Positions 26,954 through 36,254 are shown, counted from the first letter of the stretch. The stretch is DNA of 64,000 nucleotides from an uncultured Gammaproteobacteria bacterium (GCA_964459725.1 CAYWNT010000004.1:57045-121044), one strand, 5' to 3'. Translations and numbers: made by a program. The notes: a model not told the origin generated them from the sequence alone.

Positions 26954-28237
26954 ATGAAAGTAGAAAAAAAAGATTTAAAAAAATCAGAGATAGAGTTAAC
27001 AGTTGAAATTAGCTTGGAAGAATTCAAGCCATTTATTGAAAAAGGAGCTGAAAAAATTTCAAAAGAAGTAAAAATTGATGGTTTCCGACCAGGCAATGTT
27101 CCTCTTGATGTACTCAAGCAGAAAGTTGGAGAAATGGGAATACTGGAAGAGTCAGCTCGTTTGGCAATTAACGCTAAACTTGGTGAGATTTTGAAGGAGC
27201 ATATTGAAGGTGAGGCAATAGGGCAACCAAGAGTTGATATTACCAAACTGGCCCCGAATAATCCTCTAGAGTTCAAGGCAATTATTGCAATATTACCTAA
27301 ACTGGAATTATGTGATTATAAGAATGTAAAAACAGAAAAACAGAAAGTGAGCATAGATCCAAAAGAGCTAGAAAAAACCTTGAATGATATTAGGGAAATG
27401 AGAGTAAAAGAAGCCTTGGCAGATCGTGCGATCAAAGAAGGCGACAAAGTAATGGTAAGTATAAAAATGTTCCAGGACAATGTACCACTTGAAGGTGGAC
27501 AGGCCAAGGAAACACCAGTTATAATCGGAAAGGATTACATCATCCCAGGATTTGATAAAGAGTTGATTGGAAAGAAAAAAGGAGAAGAAAAAGAATTTAG
27601 TCTTCCATATCCAAAAGATCATCATATGAAAAATCTAGCCGGTAAAATGGTAGATTTTAAGGTTTCAATCGGGGATGTATTTGAGAGAGAGTTGCCAGAA
27701 CTAGATGATGAATTTGCCAAGAGTCTTGGTTTGAAAAAGTTTGAGGAACTAAAAGATAGCATGGAAAAGAATATTCTAGCTCAAAAGGAAAAAGAAGCTG
27801 ATAATCAAGTGGAGAAGAAAATGTTTGATACCATGATAGAGAAAACAAAGTTTGATGAAATTCCGCAAAGTATTATTGATCATGAAAATAACACCATGAT
27901 GAGAGAGTTAGAGCATAATGTTGTTTCACAAGGAATGCAATTTGAGGATTATTTAAAAAGTATAAATAAAACCAGAGATCAGCTAGTGATGGACCTACTA
28001 CCGCAGGCTATCAGCCGAGTTAAGGTTTCTCTTTTAATCAGAGAGGTTTCTATAAAGGAAAAAATTGAAGCTACAGAAGAAGACATTGCAAAGCACTTGA
28101 AGGATATGGAAAAGCAGTACGAAGGGCAAGCTGAAATGATCGAAAGACTAAAAGCGCCAGAGTACAAGACTTACGCAGCCAATGTGCTTACTAGTCAAAA
28201 AGTTGTTGATGCGCTTAAGAAGTGGAACATTAAATAA
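26954..28237 (+). CDS. tig: trigger factor
   Basis: 427 aa. N-terminal ribosome-binding region FRPGNVP. Central FKBP-type PPIase (IIPGFDKELIGKKKGEEKEF). Confidence 0.9.
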   Translation: MKVEKKDLKKSEIELTVEISLEEFKPFIEKGAEKISKEVKIDGFRPGNVPLDVLKQKVGEMGILEESARLAINAKLGEILKEHIEGEAIGQPRVDITKLAPNNPLEFKAIIAILPKLELCDYKNVKTEKQKVSIDPKELEKTLNDIREMRVKEALADRAIKEGDKVMVSIKMFQDNVPLEGGQAKETPVIIGKDYIIPGFDKELIGKKKGEEKEFSLPYPKDHHMKNLAGKMVDFKVSIGDVFERELPELDDEFAKSLGLKKFEELKDSMEKNILAQKEKEADNQVEKKMFDTMIEKTKFDEIPQSIIDHENNTMMRELEHNVVSQGMQFEDYLKSINKTRDQLVMDLLPQAISRVKVSLLIREVSIKEKIEATEEDIAKHLKDMEKQYEGQAEMIERLKAPEYKTYAANVLTSQKVVDALKKWNIK

Positions 28238-28330
28238 TAAATTAAAATAAAAAAACAAGAATAAATAAAAATGACAAATGTAATATAAAAAGTTTTTGTT
28301 ATTAAGTATTTTGTTAGGGAGGAGCGATTT

Positions 28331-28645
28331 ATGACGGGATTAGGATTAAGTGATGATAAGTCTGGCGGATTTAAGCACTTGCCTTGTTCAGAAGTGGGCC
28401 CAGGAAAAGAACTAAGAGAAGCAAGAAAAGCCTTGAAAGAGTCGAAGAGTCATCGAGTGGGTCACGGAGTCGAGCTTAGAGTGTCTCACAATTTTCTTGA
28501 GAAGTTAATGGAACAAGGCGGTGAGCAGATATCAACCCAGAAAGAACTTAAAGGCGAAGAAAAAACATATTGCTATAAAATAAAAAAAATTCTTCGTCAA
28601 AAGAAACAAACAATAATTCAGTATTTCATTACTACAATTGTTTAA
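28331..28645 (+). CDS. hypothetical protein
   Basis: Strong SD GGGAGGAG 7 nt upstream of the ATG; followed by a terminator. No family recognised. Confidence 0.4.
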   Translation: MTGLGLSDDKSGGFKHLPCSEVGPGKELREARKALKESKSHRVGHGVELRVSHNFLEKLMEQGGEQISTQKELKGEEKTYCYKIKKILRQKKQTIIQYFITTIV

Positions 28646-28671
28646 CAAACTTTTTCATTTTGTTTGTCGTC

Positions 28672-28704
28672 CCCCAGGCTTATTTTTAGCCTGGGGATTT
28701 TTTT
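28672..28704 (+). terminator. intrinsic terminator
   Basis: CCCCAGGCT TATTTTT AGCCTGGGG followed by ATTTTTTT. Confidence 0.8.
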
Positions 28705-28740
28705 ATTGTTTTTTGAGATTAAAAAAGCTAGAATATAAAC

Positions 28741-29244
28741 ATGCATTATATAATTGACGCTAACAATTTAGCTGGGCAGCTAGGACTTCTCGATGAAAAG
28801 GATTTTGATGAAAAATTGATCAGGATTGTTAAAGAGTATTTTGGAGATAAAAACCATGATATTAATTTGATTTTTGATGGGCTGGATAGATTTGGTGATA
28901 AATATAGAGATGGAAATATTACCGTTATTAGAGCTCCGCGATACGACAAGGATAATTCAGCTGATGATAAAATTGTTGAGATATTAGCGAAAACAAACAC
29001 CAAAGGAATTATTTTAGTAACTGATGATTTGGAGCTAATTGGGCGGGTAGAAAAACTAGAAGATGAGCGAAGAATACAAATACAGAAAATAAAAGCAAAT
29101 GATTTTGCTCAGAAAATAGAATTGAGATTGAAACATGCTTCGATAAACTCAGCACATGGAAAAAATTTCGATAATAATTTAAGCAAAAAAGAAATTGATA
29201 ATATAAATGAAGAATTGTTGGAAATTTGGAAAGAGAGGCAATAA
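28741..29244 (+). CDS. NYN/PIN-like (YacP-type) predicted RNA-binding nuclease
   Basis: 167 aa; IIDANNLAG N-terminus, LIFDG and VTDDLEL acidic motifs as in YacP/NYN domains. Confidence 0.55.
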   Translation: MHYIIDANNLAGQLGLLDEKDFDEKLIRIVKEYFGDKNHDINLIFDGLDRFGDKYRDGNITVIRAPRYDKDNSADDKIVEILAKTNTKGIILVTDDLELIGRVEKLEDERRIQIQKIKANDFAQKIELRLKHASINSAHGKNFDNNLSKKEIDNINEELLEIWKERQ

Positions 29245-29310
29245 AATGCTATAATATAGTTATATAATCCACTGCCAATTTTGCGAGCTAAAAAATTAGA
29301 AAAACAAGAC

Positions 29311-29460
29311 AAGTCCCCTCTAGGGAGGGGTAGGCAGGCAAAGTCTGGCGGGGTGGGTAAACGAACGCGGAGTAATGAAAATAATGGTTAAAACCCACCC
29401 CAAAATTATTTGTTTCATGCCCTGTGGGCGCAAAATAAGTATTCCCCTTCGAAGAGGGGG
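29311..29460 (+). other. GC-rich structured leader upstream of the hydrogenase genes
   Basis: AAGTC-CCCCTC-TAGG-GAGGGG-TAGGCAGGCAAAGTC element (29311-29345). 9-bp stem GGGGTGGGT/ACCCACCCC (29350-29401). 7-bp hairpin CCCCTTC GAA GAGGGGG (29444-29460) followed by CTTTATT. Confidence 0.5.
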
Positions 29461-29480
29461 CTTTATTCATAAGAAAAAAT

Positions 29481-29939
29481 ATGAGCAAGAAAAAAGTTGG
29501 AATATTTACATTTACTTGTGATGAAGGATGTTCTATTTATTTAATAGAAATATTTAACAAGAAGCTCCTGGGCTGGCTTGAGAAAATGGACTTGGAGTAT
29601 TTTTTATCAATGAAGGACAAGAGGGATTCAGATAGGTTTGATATCGCCCTTGTAGAGGGAGCGATTACAACGGAGAGGGACCTAGAAGAGATAAAAAAGG
29701 TAAGAGAGAGGTCAAAGATTCTGATCGGAATGGGGAATTGCGCTATTACAGGAAGTCCGACTTGTCAGAGAAATTTTTTTAACCAAGACCAGCTCGATGA
29801 AATAAAAAAAGACCTGGAGAAATTTAAATTTTTACCGAAATGCATAAGCATCAAAGAGGCAGTTGGCCTCGATGATGAAATAGTAGGCTGCCCGATAGAC
29901 GAAAAGAAATTCATCGAAGTATTTGAAAAATATCTTTAA
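29481..29939 (+). CDS. [NiFe]-hydrogenase small subunit, short group-3 type (proximal cluster only)
   Basis: 152 aa. VGIFTFTCDEGCS, DIALVEGAI, GMGNCAITGS and VGCP Cys motifs, as in HoxY/sulfhydrogenase-delta-like subunits. Confidence 0.75.
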   Translation: MSKKKVGIFTFTCDEGCSIYLIEIFNKKLLGWLEKMDLEYFLSMKDKRDSDRFDIALVEGAITTERDLEEIKKVRERSKILIGMGNCAITGSPTCQRNFFNQDQLDEIKKDLEKFKFLPKCISIKEAVGLDDEIVGCPIDEKKFIEVFEKYL

Positions 29940-30007
29940 AGAGTCAAAGTATATAAATAAATGTCACTTTAGACTTTATGGACTTTATAGACATTTGACT
30001 AAATTTT

Positions 30008-31351
30008 ATGCACACTTGTGATTTAGACATTTCAATAAATAGATTATCAAAGATTGAGGGACATGCTGACCTGGATGTGAAGATTCGAGATGGCAAAGTA
30101 GAGGATGTTCAGCTGAGAGTTATGGAGAATCAGCGTTTTTATACTCAGGCCGTAAAAGGCAAGCCAGCCCTGTCTGTGCCGCAGTTGGTTTCTAGAATTT
30201 GTGGAACTTGCTCTGTAGCGCATATGACAGGATGCATTGAGGCAGTAGAGAAGACTCTTGATATTACGCCAAGTGAACAAACCATGATAATGCGCAAGCT
30301 CATGATGTACTCTCTGATGATCAGGGATCATGCCCTGCATCTCTATTTCTTTGTGATGCCGGACATATTTGGAGTTGATTCAGCCCTGGAAATCGCTGAT
30401 TTATCTGAGGAGGAATTACGCGAGAAGGGAGCACCAGCTGGGCTAACTGGTAAAGACATAGTTCATGAAGCTTTGCACGTCAAAGAGGCAGGTAATAATC
30501 TATCAAATCTGATAGCCGGCCGATCAGTGCACGCTCCTTTTGAGGCTGTGGGCGGATTCACCAGGGAAGTAGATAATTCTAAGATTCCGGAAACAGTAGA
30601 AGAACTGAAAAAGATAAAACAATCAATCATAAACTTAGCAGAAGTTTTTTATAATTGTCATTGGGAACTAAAGAGAAAAACTAATTTTGTGGCACTTACC
30701 ACTCCAGACTTTTCATTTCTGGAAGGAGTGATCTGCTCTAGCACCGGAGCCTGCATCAAGGAGGAGAACTATTGGGATCATCTCCATAGTATAGTGCTTC
30801 CATATTCTCAGGCCAAGGGTTTTGAATTTGAGGGCCAGGAGTATATGGTTGGCTCTCTAGCTAGGTTAAATCTAAACAAAGATCATTTGCATAAAGATAC
30901 TAAGGAGTCAATGGCCAAATATTTGGAGATATTTCCTTCAGATAATATTTATCATAATAATTTAGCTCAAGCCATAGAGATAATGCACTCTATTGATCAT
31001 TCGGTTGAACTTTTGGAGAATTCAAAATTTAAAAAAGAAGAAATCGTAAAACCGCATAAACAATCAGGGGAGGGAGTCGGAGTTATTGAGGCGCCGCGAG
31101 GGACACTCTACTATTGGCTTGGTATAGAGGATGGAAAGGTGAGGTATGCTAACCTGGTTATCCCAACTGCTCAAAATTTGGTAAATATGAGAGAGGATGT
31201 TAGAGAGGCGGTAAAACTGGTATGTAATGATGGGGTAAAAGCGGAAGAGAAATGGGAGAAGAAAATTAAAAATGAGGTAGAGAAAATTATTAGAGCATAT
31301 GACCCATGTATGTCATGTGCTTCACATTTTTTAAAAGTTAATTGGACATAA
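30008..31351 (+). CDS. [NiFe]-hydrogenase large subunit (group 3-like)
   Basis: 447 aa. N-terminal RICGTCSVAH and C-terminal DPCMSCASH Ni-Fe ligand motifs, with a 7-residue tail after the His for protease cleavage. Confidence 0.9.
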   Translation: MHTCDLDISINRLSKIEGHADLDVKIRDGKVEDVQLRVMENQRFYTQAVKGKPALSVPQLVSRICGTCSVAHMTGCIEAVEKTLDITPSEQTMIMRKLMMYSLMIRDHALHLYFFVMPDIFGVDSALEIADLSEEELREKGAPAGLTGKDIVHEALHVKEAGNNLSNLIAGRSVHAPFEAVGGFTREVDNSKIPETVEELKKIKQSIINLAEVFYNCHWELKRKTNFVALTTPDFSFLEGVICSSTGACIKEENYWDHLHSIVLPYSQAKGFEFEGQEYMVGSLARLNLNKDHLHKDTKESMAKYLEIFPSDNIYHNNLAQAIEIMHSIDHSVELLENSKFKKEEIVKPHKQSGEGVGVIEAPRGTLYYWLGIEDGKVRYANLVIPTAQNLVNMREDVREAVKLVCNDGVKAEEKWEKKIKNEVEKIIRAYDPCMSCASHFLKVNWT

Positions 31352-31379
31352 ACAAAAAAGTAAAAAAAGGAGGTGAATC

Positions 31380-31574
31380 ATGGGATCCGAAAAGAAAAAA
31401 AGATTGTCGCCGCAGCTCGTATTTTTTGTTTCATTAATTATTTTTGTTGTTGGGCTTTGTTTTTCTGACACAGAAGTAGTTAAAGAAAGTATGATTTTGT
31501 CAGTTACCCCTTTTATTTTTGCATTAATCGCTGCACGGAGTTTGCCCAATGTCATTAACAAAGACAGATTTTAA
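31380..31574 (+). CDS. small two-TM protein downstream of the hydrogenase
   Basis: AAGGAGGTGAA SD 5 nt before the ATG; 64 aa with two hydrophobic helices. Confidence 0.5.
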   Translation: MGSEKKKRLSPQLVFFVSLIIFVVGLCFSDTEVVKESMILSVTPFIFALIAARSLPNVINKDRF

Positions 31575-31611
31575 AAAACAAGCATGGGGAAAAACAGGTT
31601 AGTTAATAAAA

Positions 31612-31998
31612 TTAGCCTGTTTTTTCTTTTTTGATTAAGGTAACTAGATCGTTTAAGGCCTGTTTTTTTTCTATTTTCATGGGAACACAAAAAATGACCA
31701 CCTCCTTGAGCTGCCCGATTTTTTCCAAGAGACGTAAGTTGAATCCCAGATCAAAATCATGCATAGAGTATTTTGGGTCTACTTGGATTTTGCTGATGTC
31801 AGTAAGAACTCGCACTTCTTCAATTCCTTCAGCTGTATCGATTATGATTAGCTTACCATTCTTGGGATGGAGGTTCTCATTCGGGTCCCTAACGCAGAAT
31901 TCAGTTTCCGGGAATTCTTTTTTCAGCTCGCTCTTTAGAAGAATAGGAGTATTATCAAAATCCAGCAATGGATTTCCAAATATGTATATTTTATTCAT
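31612..31998 (-). CDS. hydrogenase maturation endopeptidase (HycI/HoxW family)
   Basis: 128 aa; IFGNPLLDFDNTP, IIIDTAEG and SMHDF motifs in the order of the Asp/Asp/His metal site. Confidence 0.65.
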   Translation of the reverse strand: MNKIYIFGNPLLDFDNTPILLKSELKKEFPETEFCVRDPNENLHPKNGKLIIIDTAEGIEEVRVLTDISKIQVDPKYSMHDFDLGFNLRLLEKIGQLKEVVIFCVPMKIEKKQALNDLVTLIKKEKTG

Positions 31999-32036
31999 GA
32001 TAGTAAAAGGGGTGCTGCTTATTTAGCAGCACCCGG

Positions 32037-32294
32037 TTAGGCGGCGATTGGCTGAAATTTAACTCCAGGTAGATTCGCTTCTTTGTTTAAGGCAAGGATT
32101 ATTTTTTTTAATTCATCCTTGTCAGCAATTAGCTCGTTTACAATTTGAGCTCCTGCTTTTTCAAGATTTTTTTTCATTTGTACAAAACCTTCAGGGGTAT
32201 CGGAAAAGTCGATGTAGCACATATGGCCATATTCTTCTTTTACGATTATGGTTTTGTAATTTTTTCCAGGCTCAAGCTTCATTAACCCACACAC
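32037..32294 (-). CDS. hypothetical small protein
   Basis: AAGGAGG SD 6 nt before a GTG start; 85 aa; no family recognised. Confidence 0.45.
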   Translation of the reverse strand: MCGLMKLEPGKNYKTIIVKEEYGHMCYIDFSDTPEGFVQMKKNLEKAGAQIVNELIADKDELKKIILALNKEANLPGVKFQPIAA

Positions 32295-32421
32295 GATACA
32301 CCTCCTTTGTAAAATTATTGTTCGTTAATTATATTTTACTATACCTTCATTTTTTAGGCAAACTTATTCTTTCTTTTTTTTAAAAAATAATATAAAATCA
32401 TATTATATATTATTTGAAACT

Positions 32422-33960
32422 ATGATAAAAAACAATGGAGCTGTTGCAGCTGGCCATGAGCTAACTGCGGCGGCTGCAAAAAATATTTTAGATCTGGGAG
32501 GTAATGCTTTTGATGCTGTCATAGCTGCCGGGCTAGCTTCGGCAGTTACTGAGTTCAATCTGACTTCTCTTGGAGGAGGAGGATTTCTGTTGGCTCACAC
32601 CAGGGATAACAAAAATACTCTTTTTGATTTTTTTTCACAAACCCCGAAGAGTAAAAAAATAGATAAAGAAAACCCTGATTTTTACCCAATCATGGTGGAT
32701 TTTGGAGATACTACCCAGGAGTTTCATGTTGGTATGGCCTCCATGGCTGTTCCGGGGTGCACAGCCGGGTATTTTCGTATTCATAAGAAACTAGGCAAGC
32801 TCCCAATGTCTGTAGTGGCTGAGCCGGCCATAGAATATGCCCGTCAGGGAGTGGAGCTAAACAGATTTCAGCATTATTGTCTTACCCTTCTTGATCCAAT
32901 CATGAATAAGACAGAAGAAGGAAGAAAAATGTTCATGAATGATGAGAGTATTATTCAGCCTGGGAGCACTGTGTATATGAGAAATTTTGCAGACTCCCTA
33001 GAGTACTTGGTCAAGGAAGGAGATAGGGCGTTTTACGAGGGAGACTTTGCTGAAAGACTTGTGAGAGATTCAGAGGAGAAAGGCGGCTATCTTACTATGG
33101 AGGATATGCGTGATTTTGAGGTGATAGAGAGGGTGCCACTCGATATTGATTATCACGGAAATGAATTTATAACCAATCCACTACCTAGCTCCGGAGGTAT
33201 ATTGATCACTTTTGCTCTCGAGCTTTTGGAAAAAATTAATCTAGGCCAGTACAAGCATGGCAGTTTGGAGCATCTAAACATATTATCAGATGTTATGGCG
33301 CTTACCAACGAAGGAAGAAGTGAGAGTAATGGAGCGGTTGAGCATTTTCTGGATGAGGCAAATATAAATAAATATAGAGAGAAGCTGAATACGAGAATTA
33401 ATAAATGGGGAAGTACTACTCATGTAAGCGTCGTAGACAAGGAGGGAAACGCGGCCAGTATGACGACGTCCAATGGGGAGGGTTCTGGTTATTTTATTCC
33501 TGACACAGGCATTATGATAAATAATATGCTAGGCGAGGAGGATTTAAACCCAGAGGGCTTCCACCTTTGGCAGGAAGATGTGCGTATTTCATCCATGATG
33601 TCTCCGACTATAGTTTTGAAAGATAAAAAACCGGAAATCGTGTTAGGTTCGGGTGGATCGAACAGGATCAGAACTGCGATCCTCCAGGTAATTTCTAATG
33701 TTATAGATTTTAAAAAGCATATTTCAGAAGCAGTAGATGTTCCGAGGATACATTGGGAGAGAAATAAGTTTAATATTGAGCCCGGATTTAATGCTGGGGT
33801 GGTAGAGAAGGTGAAAAATATTAAAACTCAAGATGAGTTTGTGGAATTTTCTGAGAAAAATATGTTTTTTGGTGGAGTGCATGCTGTCACTCGTGATGAG
33901 AATGGCAATTTCGAAGGGGCAGGAGATAAGCGGAGAAGTGGTGTGTCTTTGGTTTGGTAG
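32422..33960 (+). CDS. ggt: gamma-glutamyltransferase family protein
   Basis: 512 aa; GGGGF, catalytic-Thr region GSTTHVSVVDKEGNAASMTTSNG, and SSMSPT and GSGGS motifs. Confidence 0.85.
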   Translation: MIKNNGAVAAGHELTAAAAKNILDLGGNAFDAVIAAGLASAVTEFNLTSLGGGGFLLAHTRDNKNTLFDFFSQTPKSKKIDKENPDFYPIMVDFGDTTQEFHVGMASMAVPGCTAGYFRIHKKLGKLPMSVVAEPAIEYARQGVELNRFQHYCLTLLDPIMNKTEEGRKMFMNDESIIQPGSTVYMRNFADSLEYLVKEGDRAFYEGDFAERLVRDSEEKGGYLTMEDMRDFEVIERVPLDIDYHGNEFITNPLPSSGGILITFALELLEKINLGQYKHGSLEHLNILSDVMALTNEGRSESNGAVEHFLDEANINKYREKLNTRINKWGSTTHVSVVDKEGNAASMTTSNGEGSGYFIPDTGIMINNMLGEEDLNPEGFHLWQEDVRISSMMSPTIVLKDKKPEIVLGSGGSNRIRTAILQVISNVIDFKKHISEAVDVPRIHWERNKFNIEPGFNAGVVEKVKNIKTQDEFVEFSEKNMFFGGVHAVTRDENGNFEGAGDKRRSGVSLVW

Positions 33961-34187
33961 GTTTATTATAAACAGGATTATGGGTGGTTTAAAGAGGGAT
34001 GTAAATTTTTCCTGTTAAATATTTAGTTGAATATTGAAATAATCAATTATCAATAATTAATAGTACAAACAATAATCAATTTTAAATAACTAAACATCAA
34101 ACTGATATTAAAATTATATTGAAAATTTGTTATTGATTATTGTTTGGTAATTGTAATTTGAGTTTTGGTTATTTTTTTATAGATAAA

Positions 34188-34220
34188 AATAGTACTATTA
34201 ATAGTACTTTTAATAGTACT
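34188..34220. repeat. three direct 12-nt repeats AATAGTACT(ATT/TTT)
   Basis: Copies start at 34188, 34200 and 34212. Each contains the AGTACT palindrome. They lie just downstream of the trmD stop in a 263-nt convergent intergenic region. Confidence 0.7.
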
Positions 34221-34223
34221 ATT

Positions 34224-34955
34224 TTACTGGATGGTTTTTTTGTTTTTCTCTCTCCACTCTTCTATTTTTTTATGATTACCGGTGAGGAGTACTTCAGGGA
34301 CCTCTAGTTTTTTTCCATCTGCTTCAAACACTTTCGGTTTGGTGTATTGAGGGTATTCCAGGACTCCTGGTTCGCTGTGTGACTCATCTTTGGCGCTTTC
34401 AGTGTTACCAAGAACCCCTGGTAGGAGACGAGTGACAGAATCGACAATGGTCATAGCTCCAATTTCGCCTCCGGTCAGTACGAAGTCACCGATAGAGATT
34501 TCCTCATCAATGAACTCTGTTATTCTCTCGTCTACACCTTCGTATCGGCCACAGATCAAAACTACATTTTTTAGCTTGGAATATTCCAGTGCTTTTTGTT
34601 GGTTCCATCTTTTGCCCTTGGCAGACAGAAGGACAATCCTTGTGTTTTTATTTAGCCTAAATATTTTATTAACAAGACTAGAGAGGGGGGCAAAGATTTT
34701 CTTGATTGGGGCGCTATCTGACAATTGAGATTTTATGCTTTTTATCGCTAGATAGAGGGGCTCTATCTTCATCACCATTCCAGCGCCACCTCCATAGGGA
34801 GTGTCATCTATGGTTTTGTGCTTATCCTCTGTCCAGTCGCGAAGATTGTGAACCCCAATGTCTACTAATTTTTTGTCCCGGGCTCTCCTGATAATTGATT
34901 CACTAAAATATGAATCAAAAATTTTTGGAAAAATTGTAATAATATCAAATTTCAT
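34224..34955 (-). CDS. trmD: tRNA (guanine37-N1)-methyltransferase
   Basis: 243 aa; DDTPYGGGAGMVM, LICGRYEGVDERI and SIGDFVLTGGE motifs. Confidence 0.9.
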   Translation of the reverse strand: MKFDIITIFPKIFDSYFSESIIRRARDKKLVDIGVHNLRDWTEDKHKTIDDTPYGGGAGMVMKIEPLYLAIKSIKSQLSDSAPIKKIFAPLSSLVNKIFRLNKNTRIVLLSAKGKRWNQQKALEYSKLKNVVLICGRYEGVDERITEFIDEEISIGDFVLTGGEIGAMTIVDSVTRLLPGVLGNTESAKDESHSEPGVLEYPQYTKPKVFEADGKKLEVPEVLLTGNHKKIEEWREKNKKTIQ

Positions 34956-35022
34956 ATTTTTTTAAACAAAAAACCACGAACTGGAAAGTTGTGGTTTTTT
35001 GTATTTGTATTTGAAAGTTTGT

Positions 35023-35418
35023 TTAGATTTTTAAGTCATCAACACTAGAAGTATCGATCTCCTCATCTCTTGGAGCTCTTTCTCCTCTATCACTTCTTTC
35101 TCTTCGCTCTGATCCTTCTGGTTCGTTAATTTTCAAATTAACACGAGCATTATTTTTTGCACCAACAATCTTCAATAATGTTCTGATTGCTTGAGCAGTT
35201 TGACCTCTTCGGCCAATAACATAACCCATATCAGATGGATCAATGTCCAGTATCAAAAGAACACCTCTTTCGTCTACTGTTCTCTCAACTGAAACCTTAT
35301 CAGGGTTTCCAACAATAGCCTTAACTATTGTTTCCAAGAAATCTTTGTCTTGAGTAGCTTCCATTTTCTTTCTCTCTTTTGAAGTGATTGACGAATAATA
35401 TTCGTAAATCATATTCAA
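35023..35418 (-). CDS. KH-domain RNA-binding protein (YlqC/UPF0109-like) with basic/acidic tail
   Basis: VIGRRGQTAQAIRTLL KH motif. The true start may be the internal Met at 35364 (MEATQDK..). Confidence 0.7.
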   Translation of the reverse strand: MNMIYEYYSSITSKERKKMEATQDKDFLETIVKAIVGNPDKVSVERTVDERGVLLILDIDPSDMGYVIGRRGQTAQAIRTLLKIVGAKNNARVNLKINEPEGSERRERSDRGERAPRDEEIDTSSVDDLKI

Positions 35419-35532
35419 AAGAATCTTTATTTTCTAAAAATCTCTATCCTAACGGATTTTGATTATGATATAATTATAACACAAAATAAATATTTGTCAA
35501 GGGCAATCACCCTTTACTCTTAAAAAGTGCTA

Positions 35533-35982
35533 TTATTCAGCCTTTCCTTGTCCTGAGCTCGCCGAAGGGTCTTCTGATTCTCCTCCTTCTTCTTTCTTTT
35601 CTTCACTAGCTGGTGCACTTTCTTCTTTGGTCTCGTCAGCTGCTGGAGCTTCTTCTCCTTCAGCAGCTGGACTTTCCTCTTTTTTCTCTTCCTCTTTCTT
35701 TTCTTCTTCTTTTGGCTTTCCTTTCTTTGAAGCTGTTACTTTTTCACCTTTTATAATATTTTTTTCTATTAATAGGTTGTTTACACTTGGTGACATTTTT
35801 GATCCATTTGCAATCCAATGTTCAATCCTGTCTTTTTCCACTGTTAATTCTTTGGTAAATGGGTTATATGACCCCAAAATTTCTAAAGCTCTACCTTGCG
35901 TGTCTTTAGCATTTTCAGAAATAACAAGTCGATACATCGGTTTTTTCTTTTTTCCGATTCTAGATAATCTAATGGTTAACAT
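35533..35982 (-). CDS. rpsP: 30S ribosomal protein S16 with about 65-aa E/K/A-rich C-terminal extension
   Basis: MLTIRLSRIGKKKKPMYRLVI..GSYNP..; a long low-complexity tail ending DPSASSGQGKAE. Confidence 0.9.
   Translation of the reverse strand: MLTIRLSRIGKKKKPMYRLVISENAKDTQGRALEILGSYNPFTKELTVEKDRIEHWIANGSKMSPSVNNLLIEKNIIKGEKVTASKKGKPKEEEKKEEEKKEESPAAEGEEAPAADETKEESAPASEEKKEEGGESEDPSASSGQGKAE
35546..35568 (-). repeat. in-frame GC-rich element copy (end of rpsP)
   Basis: Minus-strand reading CCTTCGGCGAGCTCAGGACAAGG, translated PSASSGQG. Confidence 0.7.
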
Positions 35983-36254
35983 AATTTAATTTTATGAACG
36001 AACAGTTTTGAGCATATTTGACGGTTATTAGACTTCTAAACACGAGTCTAACACCTCTGTTCCATTCTGAATTTTAATAATAAAATAATAGCCCTTTTTT
36101 AAAGAGATGTCAATAGGTGTGGGTAAAAAGTTTAATGATAATAAATTTTCATTAAATTCAACACCCTGACACGAAGATAGCCTGTCCAGATATAGCACCT
36201 TTAAAGTGTGTGCCTATAACAAGTCCCTTATATATAATAAGCTAGACCCACAAC

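Noticed and set aside
32037-32294. Possible HypC-like hydrogenase chaperone, because the product starts with Met-Cys (MCGL..), is about 85 aa, and sits next to the maturation protease
   Set aside because: Apart from the N-terminal Cys, the sequence shows none of the HypC pattern I know (MC(L/I)(G/A)(I/V)PG..., OB-fold beta-strand periodicity). Left as hypothetical.
17190-35989. Many ORFs of 60-140 aa lying antisense to, or in alternative frames of, large genes. Examples are 17190..17444, 19064..19261, 25225..25557, 25674..26018, 26289..26711, 26929..27276, 31631..32026, 34390..34728 and 35627..35989.
   Set aside because: They are fully embedded in well-supported genes (RHS, nusA, ppaC, tig, protease, trmD, rpsP). 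They lack SD sequences and have low-complexity, Ser/Leu-rich shadow-frame composition.
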